Program-made: the position numbers and the translations under genes
In this document: positions 60,015 to 64,000 of the stretch, in pieces
Layout of the letters: each line of letters begins with the position of its first letter
Numbering within the stretch: position 1 is the stretch's first letter
Notes under the pieces: generated by a model
Told to the model about the DNA's origin: nothing
Seen by the model: the letters and a program-made list of their open reading frames with translations, nothing else
The model's database searches: none
Source: Candidatus Parcubacteria bacterium
GTDB lineage: Bacteria > Patescibacteriota > Minisyncoccia > Phycocordibacterales > Zambryskibacteraceae
Length of the DNA stretch: 64,000 nucleotides
Assembly (NCBI GenBank): GCA_019658995.1
Contig: JAIFWN010000002.1
Span: 29,262-93,261 of the forward strand
Reading direction: 5' to 3'

Positions 60015-60150
60015 TATTTATGAATATTAAAAACTCGTAAACAGGCTGTTGGTAAAGTCTCTCCCAAACTTTACTTCGGTCGTAACTAAATCAGAGTTCG
60101 AAGTTGATGCGTAGTTTACACTACCCCTGTTTTTCTGTCAAATATAGCCT

Positions 60151-60576
60151 CTATACAACCATCCACGCGTAGATGAGAGCGGTAACGACGAGAGAAACGA
60201 GTTGGTTGGCAGCATTGAGGAAGAATAATCCCCAGGGCTTAGCATCCCAGAGCACGGAGCCGACAGTTATAGGAACTTGGAAACCGAGCCATATCCAGAA
60301 AACGAGCATAAGGGCACCGCCAACCGCTGAGACAAGCAATGACTGCGCGAGCGAGAAGAAGACGAACGGAGTAATGAGTCCGAGGATAATAGTAACGATG
60401 TATCCACGAGTTGCCGTGGCACCCTTAGATTTCATCTCATCCATGCTCATCGAGCCATGACCCGAGAGGCTTACCCACAGATTCTTGAACACCATTCCAT
60501 ACCAGAGCCAGCCTACGACGAAGTTCGCAATAACCGCGACTAATATGGCCAGCCAATTGTTTGTATATATCATCAT
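60151..60576 (-). CDS. DUF1761-like membrane protein
   Basis: NWLAILVA..G.LWY..F...W, WLGF. Confidence 0.8.
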   Translation of the reverse strand: MMIYTNNWLAILVAVIANFVVGWLWYGMVFKNLWVSLSGHGSMSMDEMKSKGATATRGYIVTIILGLITPFVFFSLAQSLLVSAVGGALMLVFWIWLGFQVPITVGSVLWDAKPWGLFFLNAANQLVSLVVTALIYAWMVV

Positions 60577-60581
60577 GAAAA

Positions 60582-61229
60582 TTATTTATCTGTTTTTCGC
60601 TTGCTTTTCCACTCTTCAATTTTAGCATGGTTGCCTGAGAGCAGAACCTTGGGTACTGCATAAGCCTTGCCCTTATATTTGAAGCTCTCCGGCCGGGTAT
60701 AAACATCCGGCGAAGCCGTTCGCGACTCCTCGATCGAACCGAGATTGCCGAGCACTCCCGGCACATGACGGGAGATAGTGTCTATGATCAACTGGGCCGG
60801 CAGCTCGCCTCCGGTAAGGACAAAAGGACCAATAGAAACTTCATCCGTTTTAAAAACCTTCTTTACTCTTGCATCTATGCCCTCATAGCGGCCAGAGACG
60901 ATAATCACGTCCTTGTACTTCTTCGCAACACTGGCCGCGTAAGAGTTGGTAAATTGCTTACCGCTCGGTGTAAGGAAAATAATCTTCACCTTAGACCTTA
61001 GGCCTTTGGCCCTCTGGATTGCCTTTATGACGGGTTCTGCCTGTATGACCATGCCAGGGCCTCCTGCATATGGGGGTCTGTCTATCCTCTTCCATTTGTC
61101 TTTGGTGAAATCGCGCGGATTATAGAAACTCACTTTTATCTTTTTATCTTCAATAGCACGCTTCAAGATCGACTCGCCGAGATAAGAGTCGAACGCCTTG
61201 GGAAATAAAGTGATTATATGGAAGTGCAC
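60582..61229 (-). CDS. trmD: tRNA (guanine37-N1)-methyltransferase
   Basis: ITLFP, PYAGGPGMV, GRYEGID, VLTGGEL, VLLSGNH. Confidence 0.97.
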   Translation of the reverse strand: MHFHIITLFPKAFDSYLGESILKRAIEDKKIKVSFYNPRDFTKDKWKRIDRPPYAGGPGMVIQAEPVIKAIQRAKGLRSKVKIIFLTPSGKQFTNSYAASVAKKYKDVIIVSGRYEGIDARVKKVFKTDEVSIGPFVLTGGELPAQLIIDTISRHVPGVLGNLGSIEESRTASPDVYTRPESFKYKGKAYAVPKVLLSGNHAKIEEWKSKRKTDK

Positions 61230-61567
61230 TATTCCAGATTGAGATCAGCGAAGGCTTCGTCGAGAGTCTTGGAAGCCCTGGGGACCGAAGACTCTTCCCG
61301 CGGAGGCATTATTCTTTGTCCGCCGGCCGGCTCATTGATCTTCAGATTCACACGAGCATTGTTCTTCATGCCAACCACTCGGAGTAGTATGCGGATGGCC
61401 TTGGCGGTATTGCCAGAGCGGCCTATGACCTTGCCCATGTCATCGGGGTGCACATCAAGAGTCATAAGCACCCCCATCTCATCAACCGTCCTCTTGATCT
61501 TTACGGAATCCGGATGTTCAACCAATGCTTTTATCAAAAATTCCAGAAACTGTACGTCGTCGTTCAT
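61229..61567 (-). CDS. khpA: KH-domain RNA-binding protein
   Basis: DMGKVIGRSGNTAKAIR; located between rpsP and trmD. Confidence 0.92.
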   Translation of the reverse strand: MNDDVQFLEFLIKALVEHPDSVKIKRTVDEMGVLMTLDVHPDDMGKVIGRSGNTAKAIRILLRVVGMKNNARVNLKINEPAGGQRIMPPREESSVPRASKTLDEAFADLNLE

Positions 61568-61600
61568 GTTCGTTCAGGATTAACGGAAATAACGGACTGT

Positions 61601-62011
61601 CTAGGCCTCTGTAGCCTCTGTAGATTCTATCACGCCTTGGTCCGCCGTAGGCTCTGGCGAAGGGGACGGTTCGACCGCGGATGCCGGAGCAGCCTCAGCC
61701 GCAGGTGTCGCAGTCGTGGGTTCTGCCTCCTTGGCAATCGGACTTTTCCTGGGCAAAACGTTAATTTTTTTAGCATCGATAACCTTATGTGTTACCAGAA
61801 GGTTGTGTACCGTTCCGGTCGGCTTGGCTCCCTGCTTGAGCCAGTAATTTATGCGATCGGTCTTAAGGAGATCGGAGGTTTTGCGGGCATCATAAGAGCC
61901 GAGCACCTCTTTGAGGCGGCCGCTCTTAGTGGAATTCTCGGATTCGGTCAGAACAATACGAAAAGCTGGCTCCGATTTCCTCCCGACTCTCTGTAATCTT
62001 ATCTTTAACAT
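61601..62011 (-). CDS. rpsP: 30S ribosomal protein S16 with Ala/Pro/Glu tail
   Basis: MLKIRLQRVGRK, LGSYD, YWLKQGAKPT. Confidence 0.96.
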   Translation of the reverse strand: MLKIRLQRVGRKSEPAFRIVLTESENSTKSGRLKEVLGSYDARKTSDLLKTDRINYWLKQGAKPTGTVHNLLVTHKVIDAKKINVLPRKSPIAKEAEPTTATPAAEAAPASAVEPSPSPEPTADQGVIESTEATEA

Positions 62012-62102
62012 GAGCCACCAGAGTAACAAAAAAGTCCTATGTGGTCAATAGAAAGACTTCCTCGAAGCCAACGTTGTGCTATATTGTCGGAGAATATATA
62101 GA

Positions 62103-64000
62103 ATGAAGAACACCTTCGAAGGCACAATCAAAGTCACCGGCAAAGGGGTTGGTTATTTCAAGATACCAGATGCCGATGTGGATCTTGAGATTCAGCCTGA
62201 GAACATCAACACCGCTCTCAACGGCGACACCGTAAGGGTCGAGCCGCTGGACAAAGAACTCTACGGCCGCAAGCAGGCCAGGGTGACAGATATAGTAAGG
62301 AGGAAGAAAACTCACTTCGTCGGCGTTTTCGATAACGGATTCGTCATACCAGACGACAAGCGCATGTACCGCGATATCTTCGTGGACAAATCCGAGGCCA
62401 AAGGCGGCCCGTCTGCGCAGGCGGGCGACAAGGTCTTATCCGAGATCACCGAGTGGACCGATCCGGGCAAAAGTCCTGAGGGTCGTATCATAAGAATCAT
62501 CGGCCGGAAGGGTGAGCACAATACCGAAATGCTCGGCATTGTATATGAGTCCGGATTTGAGGTCGACTTCCCACATGAGGTGGAAAAGGAAGCGGCAGAA
62601 TGGAAAGAAAAATGGGCCAAGGAGGACCACCTCAAGGATCGCAAAGACTTCCGTGATACCACCACATTCACCATCGATCCTGTCGACGCTAAGGACTTCG
62701 ATGATGCCATATCTTTTAAAAAACTGGAGAACGGCGATTATGAGATTGGCATCCACATAGCCGACGTCTCGCATTTTGTACAACCTAAGACCGCTCTTGA
62801 TGATGAGGCTGTGAAGCGCGGCACGTCCATATATCTCGTTGACCGCACTATACCAATGCTCCCAGAGATTCTCAGTAATGATCTCTGTTCTTTAAACCCG
62901 AATGAGGACAAATACGCCTTCTCGGCCGTTTTCATCATGAATCTTGAGGGTGAGGTCAAGGAGAGATGGTTCGGTAAAACTCTCATCAATTCCGACAAAC
63001 GCTTCTCATATGAAGAAGCCCAGCAGGTACTCGATGACGGCAAAGGACCGTTCCTGGAAGAACTTATGACCCTCAACAAGATTGCATACAAGCTCCGGGA
63101 GGAGAAGTTCAAAAACGGTGCCATCGAATTCGAGACCGACGAGGTCAAATTCGTCCTTGATGAAAGCGGTAAGCCCGTGAAAGTCGTACGCAAAATAAGG
63201 AAGGATACTCACAAGCTCATTGAGGACTTCATGCTTTTGGCCAACCGCGAAGTGGCCACGCACATGCACAGCGTGGGGAAAAGCAATACTAAGACGGCCT
63301 TCGTCTACCGCATACACGACTCTCCGGACCGCGACAAGATCATAAACCTGGCGACCTTCGTGAAAGCTCTCGGCTTTGAGCTCAAGCACAAGGACGGCGA
63401 GACGACCGCCGAAGATATCGGCAAGATGATCCGCTCAGTCGAGGGCTCGCCTGCGGAAGCACTGGTGAAGACCGCCGCCATACGCAGCATGTCCAAGGCT
63501 ATCTATTCGACTTCTAACATTGGGCATTTCGGCCTGGCTTTCGAGTATTACACCCACTTCACCTCGCCTATCCGCCGCTATCCGGACCTTATGGTGCACA
63601 GACTTCTATATAGGTATCTCACCCATGGAAAAATCGAAGCCGATGAAGTTGCTAAGTATCAGCGCCTCTCCGACGAGTCAAGCGAGCGCGAGCTTGAAGC
63701 TGCCGAAGCCGAGCGCGCATCTATTAAATACAAGCAGGTTGAGTACATGTCGGGTCATGTCGGTCAGGAATTTGAAGCTTTGGTTTCCGGAGTCTCGGAA
63801 TGGGGTGTGTATGTGGAGGAAATAGAAACAAAGGCCGAGGGTATGGTTCGCCTCAAGGATATGACCGACGACTTCTACGAGCTGAATGAAAAGTTATACG
63901 CCATTGTCGGCAAACGCACCGGCAAGAAGTACTCCCTCGGCGATAAAGTCAAAGTTAAACTAATGAACGCAGACCTGGACAGGAAGACCCTCGATTTCGC
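62103..64000 (+). CDS. rnr: ribonuclease R (runs off window; not in ORF track)
   Basis: Hand translation TIDPVDAKDFDDA, HIADVS, RGTSIYL, HFTSPIRRYPDL, C-terminal S1 domain. Confidence 0.95.
   Translation, partial: MKNTFEGTIKVTGKGVGYFKIPDADVDLEIQPENINTALNGDTVRVEPLDKELYGRKQARVTDIVRRKKTHFVGVFDNGFVIPDDKRMYRDIFVDKSEAKGGPSAQAGDKVLSEITEWTDPGKSPEGRIIRIIGRKGEHNTEMLGIVYESGFEVDFPHEVEKEAAEWKEKWAKEDHLKDRKDFRDTTTFTIDPVDAKDFDDAISFKKLENGDYEIGIHIADVSHFVQPKTALDDEAVKRGTSIYLVDRTIPMLPEILSNDLCSLNPNEDKYAFSAVFIMNLEGEVKERWFGKTLINSDKRFSYEEAQQVLDDGKGPFLEELMTLNKIAYKLREEKFKNGAIEFETDEVKFVLDESGKPVKVVRKIRKDTHKLIEDFMLLANREVATHMHSVGKSNTKTAFVYRIHDSPDRDKIINLATFVKALGFELKHKDGETTAEDIGKMIRSVEGSPAEALVKTAAIRSMSKAIYSTSNIGHFGLAFEYYTHFTSPIRRYPDLMVHRLLYRYLTHGKIEADEVAKYQRLSDESSERELEAAEAERASIKYKQVEYMSGHVGQEFEALVSGVSEWGVYVEEIETKAEGMVRLKDMTDDFYELNEKLYAIVGKRTGKKYSLGDKVKVKLMNADLDRKTLDF

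Overview
Chromosomal segment of a reduced-genome bacterium, most consistent with Patescibacteria/CPR (Parcubacteria-like). The evidence is compact rpoB/rpoC, truncated AlaRS/HisRS/UvrC, a helicase-dead PriA and typical CPR hypotheticals; TGA is used as stop, so code 11. The backbone is housekeeping: end of the alpha operon, alaS, mnmA, leuS, ychF (frameshifted), ddl, uvrCAB, tgt, mreB, priA-def-fmt, typA, truB/hisS, rpoD-dnaG-rpoC-rpoB, trmD, rpsP, rnr, tRNA-Ala and tRNA-Asn. The strongest novelty candidate lies between uvrB and tgt: a stand-alone retron-type reverse transcriptase (27610-28599) ending in an SSB-tail mimic (DPWGSLDDDDDVPF). It is preceded by a ~245-nt highly structured RNA closed by a perfect 12-bp inverted repeat, with its own terminator and a separate RT promoter, and no effector gene. 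Also notable: about 12 self-contained orphan gene cassettes (promoter, SD, ORF, terminator often holding the stop codon), two of them joined by an identical 44-bp module; apparently leaderless core genes (-10 box exactly 6 nt before ATG); a GIY-YIG gene integrated at tRNA-Asn; a divergent HhH-GPD glycosylase (clamp motif)/PD-(D/E)XK nuclease pair; and a Nudix domain inside LeuRS. All calls come from reading motifs by eye; no searches or folding programs were run.
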